A stretch of DNA of 64,000 nt from Methanobacteriota archaeon (GCA_027064425.1 JAMOPO010000057.1:129352-193351), one strand, 5' to 3'. Positions 51,558 through 61,075 are shown, counted from the stretch's first letter. A program made the numbers and translations. Notes: generated from the sequence alone by a model not told the origin.

Positions 51558-52460
51558 ATGCGCGGGTTGCTGAGAAAGATCCTCGGGAAGAAAGACCGGC
51601 GGGATGGTAAGATGAAGCTCGACCCCGAGCTCGTGGGTGAGTACCGCGGCGCGTACCTGGCTCGAGCCACCGAGGAGCGCTTCCGAGAGGCCGGCCAGGA
51701 CGGCGGCACCGTCACCGCGCTCCTGGCGCACGCGCTCGAGGAGGGTTACATCGAGGCCGCGGTCGTGTCGACGACGGGCTCCGACCCGTGGAGGCCGAGG
51801 CCGACCGTGGCCACGAGCGTGGAGGAGCTGCTCGAGGCGGCCGGGTCGAAGTACTCCATCTCGCCGAACCTGAGCGCGCTGGAGACGGCCGTCGGGTCCC
51901 ACGACTCGGTGGCCGTGGTCGGCACACCGTGCCAGGTCAGCGCCGTCAGGAAGCTGGAGTCGCACGCGTACGGCGTGGCCGACGTCGCGGAGCGCGTGAA
52001 GCTGCTCATCGGCCTCTTCTGCTCCGAGAACCTGACCTACAAGGGTCTGACCGAGTTACTAGAGAAGGAGATCGAGGCCGACCTCTCCAGCGTGGAGCGC
52101 ATGGACATCACGGCGGGTAAGTTCACCGTCGTCACCTCCGACGGCGAGGAGCGATCGGTTTCCGTCTCAGAGCTGCGCAGGTACGCCAACGAGGCGTGCG
52201 GCTTCTGCACTGATTTAACGGCAGAGGACGCGGACGTGAGCGTTGGGTCCACGGGCGCTCCAGACGGTTGGAACGTCGTTCTGGTGCGGACCGGCCGGGG
52301 CGAGAGGATCCTCCAGTCCGCTGTGGACGCCGAGGTGCTGGAGGTAAGGGACGTGGACGAGGGGGACCCGGCGACCCTCGAGCGGCTGGCGAGCGACAAG
52401 AGGGAGCGCGCCGAGAGCGCCAGGTGCGCGGTGTGGCGACCCTACCCGACCTCCCCCTAG
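51558..52460 (+). CDS. FrhB-family F420-binding subunit
   Basis: GQDGGTVT, AAGSKY, VGTPCQ, IGLFCSEN, CGFCTD, DVSVGS.GAPDGW. Confidence 0.9.
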   Translation: MRGLLRKILGKKDRRDGKMKLDPELVGEYRGAYLARATEERFREAGQDGGTVTALLAHALEEGYIEAAVVSTTGSDPWRPRPTVATSVEELLEAAGSKYSISPNLSALETAVGSHDSVAVVGTPCQVSAVRKLESHAYGVADVAERVKLLIGLFCSENLTYKGLTELLEKEIEADLSSVERMDITAGKFTVVTSDGEERSVSVSELRRYANEACGFCTDLTAEDADVSVGSTGAPDGWNVVLVRTGRGERILQSAVDAEVLEVRDVDEGDPATLERLASDKRERAESARCAVWRPYPTSP

Positions 52461-52491
52461 CGTTGCACCGCCGCTCGCGGGGGCGGTCGTC

Positions 52492-52968
52492 GTGGAAATC
52501 GGTCCGAGGGAGTTCCTCCGAGCGTTCCTGTACTCCTACGTCGTAACGTCCGCGCAGCTGCTGGGTAGCAAGGCGCCGGCCCTGCGGCGGGCCGTGTGCA
52601 GGAACGCCGCCCGGGCCCTACTCCGGGAGCACCCGGAGCTGGAGGACCTCGAGCCCGTTGAGATGGTGAAGGCGGTGGCCGAGAGCCTGCTGGGGGCCAG
52701 CGTGAGCGTCGATGAGGACGCGTCCGGAGGAGTGGCTGTCAGGATCGAGGGATGCAGGATCTGCCCGAGGGACCTCATCGAGGAGTTCGTCCGTGATCAT
52801 CCCGAGTTGAAGGACCCGATCTTCGGGTACAACGTCTGCGCGTTCACGACCCTCATTGAGGAGGTCTTCCGAGCCCTGGGGGAGGAAGTTGAACTGAAGC
52901 ACGAGCCCGTGGAGCGCGGCCGCTGTCGCGTGATCGTGAAGGCGAGCGGCAATAGGGCCGACGTTTGA
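52492..52968 (+). CDS. Small V4R/output-domain-like Cys protein
   Basis: GCRIC...VCAF...RCRVIV pattern. Confidence 0.6.
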   Translation: MEIGPREFLRAFLYSYVVTSAQLLGSKAPALRRAVCRNAARALLREHPELEDLEPVEMVKAVAESLLGASVSVDEDASGGVAVRIEGCRICPRDLIEEFVRDHPELKDPIFGYNVCAFTTLIEEVFRALGEEVELKHEPVERGRCRVIVKASGNRADV

Positions 52969-53017
52969 ACCTGAGGATGGCCCGCGGATGGTCGTCCCCT
53001 GCGCAGGGGAGGGCGAG

Positions 53018-53758
53018 ATGAGGCTGGCCATCGACGTTCCCAAGGATGTGGCCAGGGCGTTGGACAACGAGACCCGGCGCGAGATCCTTGAGCTGCTCAG
53101 AAAGCGCGGTCCCATGACCCTGTCCGACATAGCCCGGGAGCTGGGGCTGTCGAAATCGACGGTGCACCACCACCTGCGGGAGCTCCGGCGGGCCGGCCTG
53201 GTGGACGTGGTCAAGGAGGACCGGGGCGCGCCGCTGCCCAGGCGGTACTACGGGCTGGTGCGCAGGCTGGTGAAGCTGTCGAGACCGAGGCTCGAGGACG
53301 CGGTGGAGTACGTCGCGCGAGCGCTGGACAGGGAGGACGACCCGTCCACCTCCCTCCCGCTGGCCATAGCCGCCGCCTACCGTGCGGTGCTGGAGTCGCT
53401 GGGCGTTGACGCGAGGGAGGTCCTGTACGAGCTGGGCGAGGAGGTGGGTAAACGGCTGGCCAGGCGCTGTGAGGAGGGCTTGAAGGGGTTGGAACGGGTC
53501 CTATCCTCCGTGGCCGACTCGGTGCGGGTCCGCCGGGATGGGGAGCGCGTCACCGTCGAGGTGGAGGGGTGCCGGGAGTGCTCGGACCTTCCTTACGGCC
53601 CCGCCTGTCCGCTGGAGGCCGGCATCGTGGCTGGGTTCCTGACGGAGCTGACCGGCCGGCGCTACCGGGCTGAAGAGGTCGAGTGCTGTGGAGAGGGAGC
53701 GGAGAGGTGCGTGTTCGTGGCGGAGCCCGCTAGCGACGAAGAACGCCCCAAGCCCTAG
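53018..53758 (+). CDS. ArsR-type HTH regulator with a V4R domain
   Basis: ALDNETRREILELL, STVHHHL..L; CREC, ACPLEAG, ECCGEG.ERCVF. Confidence 0.9.
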   Translation: MRLAIDVPKDVARALDNETRREILELLRKRGPMTLSDIARELGLSKSTVHHHLRELRRAGLVDVVKEDRGAPLPRRYYGLVRRLVKLSRPRLEDAVEYVARALDREDDPSTSLPLAIAAAYRAVLESLGVDAREVLYELGEEVGKRLARRCEEGLKGLERVLSSVADSVRVRRDGERVTVEVEGCRECSDLPYGPACPLEAGIVAGFLTELTGRRYRAEEVECCGEGAERCVFVAEPASDEERPKP

Positions 53759-54071
53759 TCGCCTTGGATACTCCCTCAACCCACGCCACCAGGGCCAGCG
53801 TGGCGGCGATCTCCTCGTCCGTCACCCCGGCCACGTTCCTGGCCGTCTCGGCGATCAGCTCCACCCGGCGCTCGTCTCCCGAGGCCGCGGCCAAGGCCAG
53901 CGCGATCAGGTGCTTCGTTTTGTCGTCCAGCGGGGACTCCTTCCAGGCCACCTCGTGGAGTCGCTCGATGACGCCCGCGTACTCGTCTCCCAGCATCTCC
54001 TCGGCGTACTTCACGGCGGTTAGGCCCTTCTCATCCTCCTCCTTCGCGGGCTCACCCGGCCTCCGGGACAA
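53730..54071 (-). CDS. Carboxymuconolactone decarboxylase (AhpD-like) family protein, no CxxC
   Basis: SPLDDKTKHLIALAL, GVTDEEI; start uncertain. Confidence 0.75.
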   Translation of the reverse strand: MSRRPGEPAKEEDEKGLTAVKYAEEMLGDEYAGVIERLHEVAWKESPLDDKTKHLIALALAAASGDERRVELIAETARNVAGVTDEEIAATLALVAWVEGVSKATRAWGVLRR

Positions 54072-54136
54072 CGTGACGCCCCCGGACGCACACCGGAGGC
54101 CCTGAGGATAAACGCGGAGCGTGTTCGACGCGAGTC

Positions 54137-54150
54137 GAAAGCCTTTAAGT
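54137..54150 (+). promoter_or_regulatory. BRE/TATA upstream of thrS
   Basis: GAAAGCCTTTAAGT. Confidence 0.6.
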
Positions 54151-54253
54151 CGCATCGAATCGCGCCGCGGCCCGCCGGGCCGGCCCCGCGGGGCGGGCCG
54201 ATGATGCTATCAGCCGGGTGTCGGGAGCCGACCCGGGGCCCGGTCGGGTGAGG

Positions 54254-56119
54254 ATGCTGCTCATTCACGCGGACGAGATGTCGTTCGAGGCGAAGCAGAA
54301 GACCAAGATCGCGGAGGAAGAGCCCCCGACGAAGGAGGCTGAAGTGGAGGACTGCCTGGTCGTGTTCGCGGCGGTGCAGGAGGCCGACGAGGAGGACCCG
54401 GAGGCGACCGCCGAGGCGGCTGTAAAGGAGGTGGAGGACGTCGCGGGCGAGCTCAAGGTCGATCGGATCGTCCTGTACCCGTACGCGCACCTCGTGGAGG
54501 ATCTCGCCTCCCCGGACGCGGCGGTTGAGGTGCTGAAGCGAATGGAGGAGCTCCTGCGGGAGCGCGGCTACGAGGTCGTGCGGGCGCCTTTCGGCTGGTA
54601 CAAGGCGTTCCGGCTGGCCTGCAAGGGCCACCCGCTGTCGGAGCTGTCCCGGACGGTCACTCCGGAGGCGGTGGAGGAGGAAGAGCGGGAGGTGGAGTCG
54701 GAGTTCAAGGTGTACGTGGACGGCGAGCTGGTGAGCGTGGAGGACGTGGACCTGTCGGAGCTCCCGGGGGACTTCCGGCAGCTGGTGCTGCACGAGCTGG
54801 GCGAGGAGCGGGAGGCCAGTGGCGAGGAGCCGGCACACGTGCGGATGATGCGGGAGAAGGGGATCTGTGATCACGAGCCGGCGGCGGACGTGGGTCACGT
54901 TCGATGGTACCCGTACGGGCACGTGATCCGGCGGTGCCTGGCGGAGTACGTGGAGGATCTGATGGCGGAGATGGGCGCGGCGGTCGTGGAGACGCCGGTG
55001 ATGTACGACCTGGGCGAGGAGGCCATCCGGGAGCACGCGGACCGGTTCGGCGAGCGGCAGTACCGGATGCGGGCGGGCAACCGGGCGCTGATGCTCCGGT
55101 ACGCGGCCTGCTTCGGGGCGTTCCGGCTGCTGTCCGACACAACGCTGAGCCGGCGTCACTTGCCGTTCAAGGTGTACGAGCTGTCGCACAGCTTCCGGCT
55201 GGAGCAGAGCGGTGAGGTGGTCGGGCTGAAGCGGCTGCGGGCGTTCACGATGCCGGACCTGCACACGGTGTGCGCCGACATGGACCAGGCGGTGGAGGAG
55301 TTCCTGGAGCAGGCGAGGCTGTGCCTGGAGGTGGGTAGGGAGCTGGGGCTGGAGTACGAGGTCGTGCTGCGGGTCACGGAGGACTTCCTGGACGAGCGAC
55401 CCGAGGTGCTCGAGGAGCTGGCCGAGGCCGTGGAGGAGGTGTACGGGGACTCCAAGCCGATCCTCGTGGAGGTGCTCTCCGAGCGGAAGCACTACTGGGA
55501 GTGCAAGGTGGACTTCGCGTTCATCGACAGCCTGGGTCGGCCCATCGAGAACCCGACCGTGCAGATCGACGTGGAGAGCGGGGAACGGTTCGGCATCACG
55601 TTCGCGGACGAGTCCGGGGAGGAGCGGCACCCGGTGATCCTGCACTGCTCGCCCACGGGCAGCCTGGAGCGGGTGATCTGCGCGCTGCTCGAGAACCAGC
55701 AGAAGCTGTTCGAGCGGGAGGAGCGGCTGCCCACGCTGCCGACCTGGCTGTCCCCCGTGCAGGTGCGGGTGATCCCGGTGTCCGAGAAGGTGCTAGACGA
55801 AGCGGAGAAGGTGGCCGAGCGGCTGCGGAAGGAGGGGTTCCGGGTCGACCTGGACGATCGGGACGAGCCCGTGGGCAGGAAGATCCGGGATGCGGGCAAG
55901 GAGTGGGTGCCCTACGTGGTGGTGATCGGGGAGGAGGAGGTGGAGAAGGGCACGCTGTCGGTGACGATCCGGGCGGAGTCGACGCTGGAGGAGCAGAAGC
56001 GGGTGGAGATGACGCTCGAAGAGCTCATTGAGCGGCTCGAGCGGGAGACGGAGGGCAAGCCCAGGGTGCCGCTGACGCTACCGGAGCGGCTCAGCGAGCG
56101 GCCGCGGTTCGGGCACTGA
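54254..56119 (+). CDS. thrS: Threonine--tRNA ligase (archaeal type)
   Basis: YPYAHL, APFGWYKAF, LRYAACFG, FTMPDLH, HCSPTGS. Confidence 0.97.
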   Translation: MLLIHADEMSFEAKQKTKIAEEEPPTKEAEVEDCLVVFAAVQEADEEDPEATAEAAVKEVEDVAGELKVDRIVLYPYAHLVEDLASPDAAVEVLKRMEELLRERGYEVVRAPFGWYKAFRLACKGHPLSELSRTVTPEAVEEEEREVESEFKVYVDGELVSVEDVDLSELPGDFRQLVLHELGEEREASGEEPAHVRMMREKGICDHEPAADVGHVRWYPYGHVIRRCLAEYVEDLMAEMGAAVVETPVMYDLGEEAIREHADRFGERQYRMRAGNRALMLRYAACFGAFRLLSDTTLSRRHLPFKVYELSHSFRLEQSGEVVGLKRLRAFTMPDLHTVCADMDQAVEEFLEQARLCLEVGRELGLEYEVVLRVTEDFLDERPEVLEELAEAVEEVYGDSKPILVEVLSERKHYWECKVDFAFIDSLGRPIENPTVQIDVESGERFGITFADESGEERHPVILHCSPTGSLERVICALLENQQKLFEREERLPTLPTWLSPVQVRVIPVSEKVLDEAEKVAERLRKEGFRVDLDDRDEPVGRKIRDAGKEWVPYVVVIGEEEVEKGTLSVTIRAESTLEEQKRVEMTLEELIERLERETEGKPRVPLTLPERLSERPRFGH

Positions 56120-56121
56120 GC

Positions 56122-56613
56122 TCAGGACTCCCGCTCCATCGCCACGATCCCCGTCCTGGCGATCTCCACGATGCTCCCGATGTCCTTCATGAGCTCCAGC
56201 AGGGACTCCACGTCCCGCGGCTCACCCACGATCTCCACCGTGATCGTCTCCCGCCCCACGTCCACCACCTCAGCGCCCGCGGCCCGGGCCAGCTCGGCCG
56301 CCCGAGCCCGGTCCTTCGTCTTGATCTTCACCAGCGCCAGCTGACGCTCCACGGTGCGCTCCGGGTCCAGCTCCGAGACCTTGATCACGTCGATAAGCTT
56401 GTTAAGTTGCTTCACGACCTGCTCGATGGTCCTATCGTCACCGCGCACCGTGAGCGTCATCCGCGCGAGCCCCTCGCGCTCCGACGGCCCCTCCGCGATC
56501 GAGTCGATGTTGAACCCACGACGCCGGAACAGCCCCGAGACCCGCTGCATGACCCCGGGCCGATCCCGCACCAGGACCGACAGGATCCTCCGCTTCTGCT
56601 CCCCCTCCGCCAT
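56122..56613 (-). CDS. ilvH: Acetolactate synthase small subunit
   Basis: DRPGVMQRVSGLFRRRGFNIDSI, KQLNKLIDV, ARTG. Confidence 0.95.
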   Translation of the reverse strand: MAEGEQKRRILSVLVRDRPGVMQRVSGLFRRRGFNIDSIAEGPSEREGLARMTLTVRGDDRTIEQVVKQLNKLIDVIKVSELDPERTVERQLALVKIKTKDRARAAELARAAGAEVVDVGRETITVEIVGEPRDVESLLELMKDIGSIVEIARTGIVAMERES

Positions 56614-56661
56614 CCAGCCGACCCCCGGCCCCGGGCCCCGGGGAGCCTTTTCTGGGTAACA

Positions 56662-56729
56662 CCCCGGGATGATGCAGGCCCTCCCTACCCGAAGCTCGAT
56701 GAGGAGCCAGCCCTTTCGCTGACCCGGGG
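56662..56729 (+). ncRNA. C/D box sRNA
   Basis: CCCCGGG/CCCGGGG terminal stem; ATGATGC, 13 nt, CCGA ... ATGAGGA, 13 nt, CTGA. Confidence 0.75.
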
Positions 56730-56737
56730 GACCGGAC

Positions 56738-57508
56738 TTGGACCGCCCCGTGGACGCGCACTGCCACCTCTGCTTCGACCACTTCAAGGGCGAGGAGGAG
56801 GACGTCGTCGAGCGCGCCCGCGACCGAATCCTTCGAATGTACGACTGCGGCGTCACCCCGGGCACCGCCCGACGGACGCTCGAGCTGGCCCGCCGGTTCG
56901 ACGGCTTCGTCTTCCCCACGATCGGTCTGCACCCGCCGAGGGCCCCGAGGATGCAGGACCGAGTCATCGACGAGGTGGTGGAGATCATCCGGGAGCATGC
57001 GGACGAGCTGGCGGCGATCGGCGAGATCGGGCTGGACTACCACTACATCAAGCGGGCCGACGAGCGCGAGTGCATGCGGGAAGTCTTCGAGCGGTTCCTG
57101 AGACTCGCCGAGGAGCTCGACAAGCCGGTCGTCATCCACGCTCGGGAGGCGGAGGAGGACGCCTTCGAGATCCTGCAGGAGTACGACGTGACCGCGATGT
57201 TCCACTGCTACGACGGCCCGCCGGAGCTGGCCCGGAGGATCGCGGAGGAGGGGCACTACGTCTCCTTCTCCACCATCCTCATCATCCGCGGCCTCACCAA
57301 CCGCACCCGGGAGCTGATCGAGTCGGTGCCGCTCGAGCGCATCCTGACGGAGACGGACAGCCCTTACCTCTCGCCCGAGAAGGGGAGGCGGAACGAGCCC
57401 AAGAACGTCTGGAGGGTCGTGGAGCTGGTGGCGGAGGTGAAGGGGGAGCCGGTGGGTAAGGTGGTGGAGGCCACCGCCAAGAACGCCCTCGACTTCTACG
57501 ACCGGTAG
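56738..57508 (+). CDS. tatD: TatD-family nuclease
   Basis: DAHCH, GLHP, GEIGLDY, IHAR, FHC, ETDSPY. Confidence 0.92.
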   Translation: MDRPVDAHCHLCFDHFKGEEEDVVERARDRILRMYDCGVTPGTARRTLELARRFDGFVFPTIGLHPPRAPRMQDRVIDEVVEIIREHADELAAIGEIGLDYHYIKRADERECMREVFERFLRLAEELDKPVVIHAREAEEDAFEILQEYDVTAMFHCYDGPPELARRIAEEGHYVSFSTILIIRGLTNRTRELIESVPLERILTETDSPYLSPEKGRRNEPKNVWRVVELVAEVKGEPVGKVVEATAKNALDFYDR

Positions 57509-57524
57509 GAAAAAACTATAAATA
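57509..57524 (+). promoter_or_regulatory. BRE/TATA promoter of 5S rRNA
   Basis: GAAAAAACTATAAATA. Confidence 0.8.
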
Positions 57525-57546
57525 GAGGGGCCGGGCCGGCGCGAAA

Positions 57547-57672
57547 TGGCGGCGGCCACAGCGGCCGGGGCCACACCCGGGCTACATCTCGAACCCGGAA
57601 GTTAAGCCCGGCCGCGTCCCGGGTGGTACTGCGCTCCGAGAGGGCGCGGGAAGCCCGGGATGCCGCCGCCGT
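57547..57672 (+). rRNA. rrf: 5S rRNA (stand-alone)
   Basis: GGCGGCCACAGCGG...CATCTCGAACCCGGAAGTTAAGCC...GTACTG; helix I pairs the two ends. Confidence 0.95.
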
Positions 57673-57683
57673 CCTTCCCGAAA

Positions 57684-57706
57684 ATCGTTATGAAAGTCGT
57701 AACGAT
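57684..57706. repeat. 23-bp palindrome, copy 5 (ATCGTTATGA-AAG-TCGTAACGAT)
   Basis: About 11 bp after the 5S rRNA. Confidence 0.85.
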
Positions 57707-57718
57707 GGGGGACGGCGG

Positions 57719-57943
57719 GTGAAGGTCAACCGCGCCGCCCAGCTCTCCGCGATCGCCCTCCTCGCGGCGCTGGCCGTCGCGTTCGCGGGCGGCCCGCGCT
57801 GGCCCGTAGGCGTGCTCTCACTGATCGTAGGCGCCCTGGACCTCGTGATCTGCGCCCGCCGAGGCGGAGACCGGGTGATGGGCCTCATGGGGCTACTGCT
57901 ACTGATGGTCGGCGCCGTCGTGCTGACCGGGCGCGCGAGGTGA
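57719..57943 (+). CDS. Small membrane protein (3 TM)
   Basis: GTG start; three hydrophobic segments. Confidence 0.6.
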   Translation: MKVNRAAQLSAIALLAALAVAFAGGPRWPVGVLSLIVGALDLVICARRGGDRVMGLMGLLLLMVGAVVLTGRAR

Positions 57944-57949
57944 ATCAGC

Positions 57950-58498
57950 ATGGCGGAGGGCGGGCTGGTCATCGGGCTCGTGGAGATGGGGCCCCGAGTC
58001 CCGGAGCTCGAGGAGATCCGCAGGAGGCTCGCCCGGCACTTGGAGAAGTATCTAGGACCGGTGGAGGTTCGGCACTTCAGGGAGGACCTGCCGGAGTACG
58101 CGTACTCCGAGATCCGCGGTCAGTACCTCGCGAGGGCCCTGCTGGACCGACTCTCGAAGGTGGATGGCGACTGCCACCGCGTCGTGGGTCTCACGAGGGA
58201 GGACCTGTACGCCCCCGGGCTGAACTTCGTGTTCGGCCAGGCCCGGGTCAACGGCAGGGAGGCCGTGGTCTCGGTGGCTCGACTGCTGGACGAGGACCGC
58301 GAGCGCTACCTGAGCCGGGTGGTGAAGGAGGTCACGCACGAGCTCGGCCACACCTTCGGGCTGGGCCACTGCGACGACCCGTCGTGCGTGATGAGCTTTT
58401 CCAACACCGTGCTGGATGTAGATCGAAAGAGCCCCGACTTCTGCGATCGGTGCGCCCTGGCCCTTCGGGAGGGTCTGAACCGGTGCCTCAGGAGGTGA
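57950..58498 (+). CDS. amzA: Archaemetzincin Zn protease
   Basis: LNFVFG, HELGHTFGLGHC....CVM, FC..C. Confidence 0.93.
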   Translation: MAEGGLVIGLVEMGPRVPELEEIRRRLARHLEKYLGPVEVRHFREDLPEYAYSEIRGQYLARALLDRLSKVDGDCHRVVGLTREDLYAPGLNFVFGQARVNGREAVVSVARLLDEDRERYLSRVVKEVTHELGHTFGLGHCDDPSCVMSFSNTVLDVDRKSPDFCDRCALALREGLNRCLRR

Positions 58499-58503
58499 GG
58501 CCC

Positions 58504-58983
58504 GTGGTCGAGTACACGGACCGCGAGGGTCGTCGGGTCATCGTGCGGCGGGCGCGCCGGGATGATATCCCTGAGATCACCGAGATCGAGGAGCTGGCGT
58601 TCCCGAAGTCCCCGTACCCCACCTACGTCTTCCTGTACAACCTGTCGAACAACCCGGACGGGTTCCTCGTCGCGGAGGTCTCCGGGCGGGTCGTGGGTTA
58701 CATCATCTTCGAGACGCGTCCGTGGTTGAACGAGGGACACATCGTCTCGATCGCGGTGCACCCGGACCATAGACGGCGCGGGATCGGGACCATCCTCATG
58801 AAGGAGGCGGAGCGGAGGATCGCCGAGCGAGGGTACGACGTGGTCCGGCTGGAGGTTCGAGAGTCCAACTTCGGCGCGCGTCGGTTCTACGAGCGGTTGG
58901 GATACGAGGTGGAGCGTCGGGAGCCCGGCTACTACTCGGACGGCGAGACGGCCGTCATCATGGTCAAGCGGCTGAGGAAATAG
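58504..58983 (+). CDS. rimI: N-acetyltransferase, RimI/Ard1 family
   Basis: GHIVSIAVHPDHRRRGIG, LEVRESN, YYSDGE. Confidence 0.88.
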   Translation: MVEYTDREGRRVIVRRARRDDIPEITEIEELAFPKSPYPTYVFLYNLSNNPDGFLVAEVSGRVVGYIIFETRPWLNEGHIVSIAVHPDHRRRGIGTILMKEAERRIAERGYDVVRLEVRESNFGARRFYERLGYEVERREPGYYSDGETAVIMVKRLRK

Positions 58984-59002
58984 TTACGACACTCGTAACG
59001 AT
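58980..59002. repeat. 23-bp palindrome, copy 6 (ATAGTTACGA-CAC-TCGTAACGAT)
   Basis: Overlaps the rimI stop; 8 bp past the 3' end of the convergent tRNA-Arg. Confidence 0.85.
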
Positions 59003-59010
59003 TCCGGGGC

Positions 59011-59087
59011 TGGTGGCCCCGCCGGGATTTGAACCCGGGCTACGGGCTCCGCAGGCCCGCGTCCTATCCAGGCTAGACTGCGGGGCC
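59011..59087 (-). tRNA. tRNA-Arg(GCG), genomic C8, encoded CCA
   Basis: GGCCCCG-C-AGTC...CGGGC CTGCGGA GCCCG...TTCAAAT...CGGGGCCACCA. Confidence 0.97.
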
Positions 59088-59244
59088 TCCTCCCGGCCCG
59101 GTGCCCTCCCGGACCGGCTTAAAAAACCTGTGGTGGGATCGGGGCCCCGAAACCGCGCTCCCGGGCGCGCCGAGGCCACCCCGACCGGTTTAAAAAAGGG
59201 CACTTCAGGGGACGGTCACGACCCGAGCCCGGGGGAGGCCCCCG

Positions 59245-60471
59245 GTGTGGTGGCGCGACCACGTCAAGGAGATCCAGCGGAAAGCCGAGACCGGTGAGTA
59301 CGTGGTTCGAGGCTTCGGGACGAGCCGGAAGGTGCCTCACTTCGACGACCTGGTTATCCTGCCCGCGCAGGTCTCTCGACCGCCCATCGACAAGTACCGG
59401 GAACCGTGCAAGACGAAGACCGTGCTCGGCGACCGGTTCGCCGAGCGACCCCTCAAGCTGGACACCCCCGTTCTCGTCGGGGCGATGTCCTTCGGCGCCC
59501 TGAGCCGGGAGGCCAAGATCGCGATCGCGAGGGGCACGGCCAAGGTGGGGACCGCGACCAACACCGGCGAGGGCGGCATGCTACCCGAGGAGCGCGAGGA
59601 GGCGAAGTGGCTCATCGCCCAGTACGCGTCCGGCCGGTTCGGCGTGTCCGCCGAGTATCTCAACGCGGCGGACGCGATCGAGATCAAGATCGGGCAGGGT
59701 GCCAAGCCGGGCATGGGCGGCCACCTGATGGGTGAGAAGGTGACCAAGGAGATCGCCGAGATCCGCGGCATCCCCGAGGGCACCGACGCGCTCTCGCCCT
59801 CCCGGCACATGGACATCGTCGGGCCCGAGGACCTCAAGATGAAGATCGAGCAGCTCCGCGAGATCACGGACTGGAAGGTCCCGATCATCGTCAAGTACAG
59901 CCCCGGCCGCGTCAAGGAGGACGTCAAGATCGCGGCCAAGGCCGGGGCCGACATCATCGCAATCGACGGCATGCAGGGCGGCACCGGCGCCTCGCCCGAG
60001 GTCGCGACGGAGAACGCCGGAATCCCCACCATCGCCGCCCTCGTCCAGGCCGTCGAGGCCCTCAACGAGATCGGCCTCCGCGACGAGGTCGACATCATCA
60101 TCTCGGGCGGGATCCGGGACGGGGCCGACGTGGCCAAGGCCCTCGCCCTCGGGGCCGACGCCGTGTACGTCTGCACCGGCGTCCTCATCGCCATGGGCTG
60201 CACCGCCTGCATGCAGTGCCACTCCGGACAGTGCCCGAAGGGCATCTGCACCCAGGACCCCGAGCTCCGCAAGAACCTCGACATCGACGAGGCCGCCGAA
60301 CGCGTCGCCAACTACCTCAAGGTCATCACGGAGGAGTGCAAGATGCTCGCCCAGCTCGCCGGTAAGACCGACGTGCACAACCTTGAGAAGGAGGACCTCC
60401 GAGCCCTCTCCGAGGACGTCGCCCGCATCACCGGCGTCAAGATGGCCGGCTCCGACGTCGAGCTCGCCTAG
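59245..60471 (+). CDS. Archaeal glutamate synthase, FMN-binding subunit
   Basis: AMSFGALS, NTGEGG, SGRFGV, GQGAKPG.GGHL, CTACMQCHSGQCPKGI. Confidence 0.92.
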   Translation: MWWRDHVKEIQRKAETGEYVVRGFGTSRKVPHFDDLVILPAQVSRPPIDKYREPCKTKTVLGDRFAERPLKLDTPVLVGAMSFGALSREAKIAIARGTAKVGTATNTGEGGMLPEEREEAKWLIAQYASGRFGVSAEYLNAADAIEIKIGQGAKPGMGGHLMGEKVTKEIAEIRGIPEGTDALSPSRHMDIVGPEDLKMKIEQLREITDWKVPIIVKYSPGRVKEDVKIAAKAGADIIAIDGMQGGTGASPEVATENAGIPTIAALVQAVEALNEIGLRDEVDIIISGGIRDGADVAKALALGADAVYVCTGVLIAMGCTACMQCHSGQCPKGICTQDPELRKNLDIDEAAERVANYLKVITEECKMLAQLAGKTDVHNLEKEDLRALSEDVARITGVKMAGSDVELA

Positions 60472-60486
60472 GGGCCCCGCCCCCAC

Positions 60487-61053
60487 TTGATCCTCATCGT
60501 CGACAACCACGGCCAGTACGTCCACCTCATCCGCAAGAACTACGACTACCTCGACATCCCCGCCGAGATCGTCCCCAACACCACCGACCCGGACGACATC
60601 CGCCGCCGCGCCGACGGCGTGATCATCAGCGGCGGACCCTCCCGAGACCGCGCCGGCAACTCCCGCGAGATCATCGAAGAACTCGCCGGAGAGCTCCCCA
60701 TCCTCGGCATCTGCCTCGGCCACCAGCTCATGGCCGAGGTCTTCGGCGGCGAGGTCGACTGGGCCGCCGGCCGCGAGGAGTACGCCCGCACCGAGATCGA
60801 GATCCTCGACCACGAGGGCATTTTCGAGGGGTTGCCCGACCGCATCACCGCCTGGGCCTCGCACAAGGACGAGGTCAAGGAGGTGCCGGACGAGTTCATC
60901 GTCACCGCGCGCTCCGACAAGTGCGAGGTCGAGGCCATGCGCCACGAGGACCTGCCGCTGTACGGCGTCCAGTTCCACCCCGAGCTGAAGTTCACTGAGT
61001 ACGGGACGGACATCCTGAAGAACTTCGCCAGGCTGTGCCGGGCGGAGCAATGA
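60487..61053 (+). CDS. guaAA: GMP synthase, glutamine amidotransferase subunit
   Basis: DNHGQY, SGGP, GICLGHQ, WASHKD, VQFHPE. Confidence 0.93.
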   Translation: MILIVDNHGQYVHLIRKNYDYLDIPAEIVPNTTDPDDIRRRADGVIISGGPSRDRAGNSREIIEELAGELPILGICLGHQLMAEVFGGEVDWAAGREEYARTEIEILDHEGIFEGLPDRITAWASHKDEVKEVPDEFIVTARSDKCEVEAMRHEDLPLYGVQFHPELKFTEYGTDILKNFARLCRAEQ

Positions 61054-61075
61054 GCCCACCGCGGGGGGAGAGCCG

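Noticed and set aside
59112-59197. Near-identical GACCGG(C/T)TTAAAAAA direct repeats
   Set aside because: Adequately explained as TATA elements for the divergent tRNA-Arg and glutamate synthase genes.
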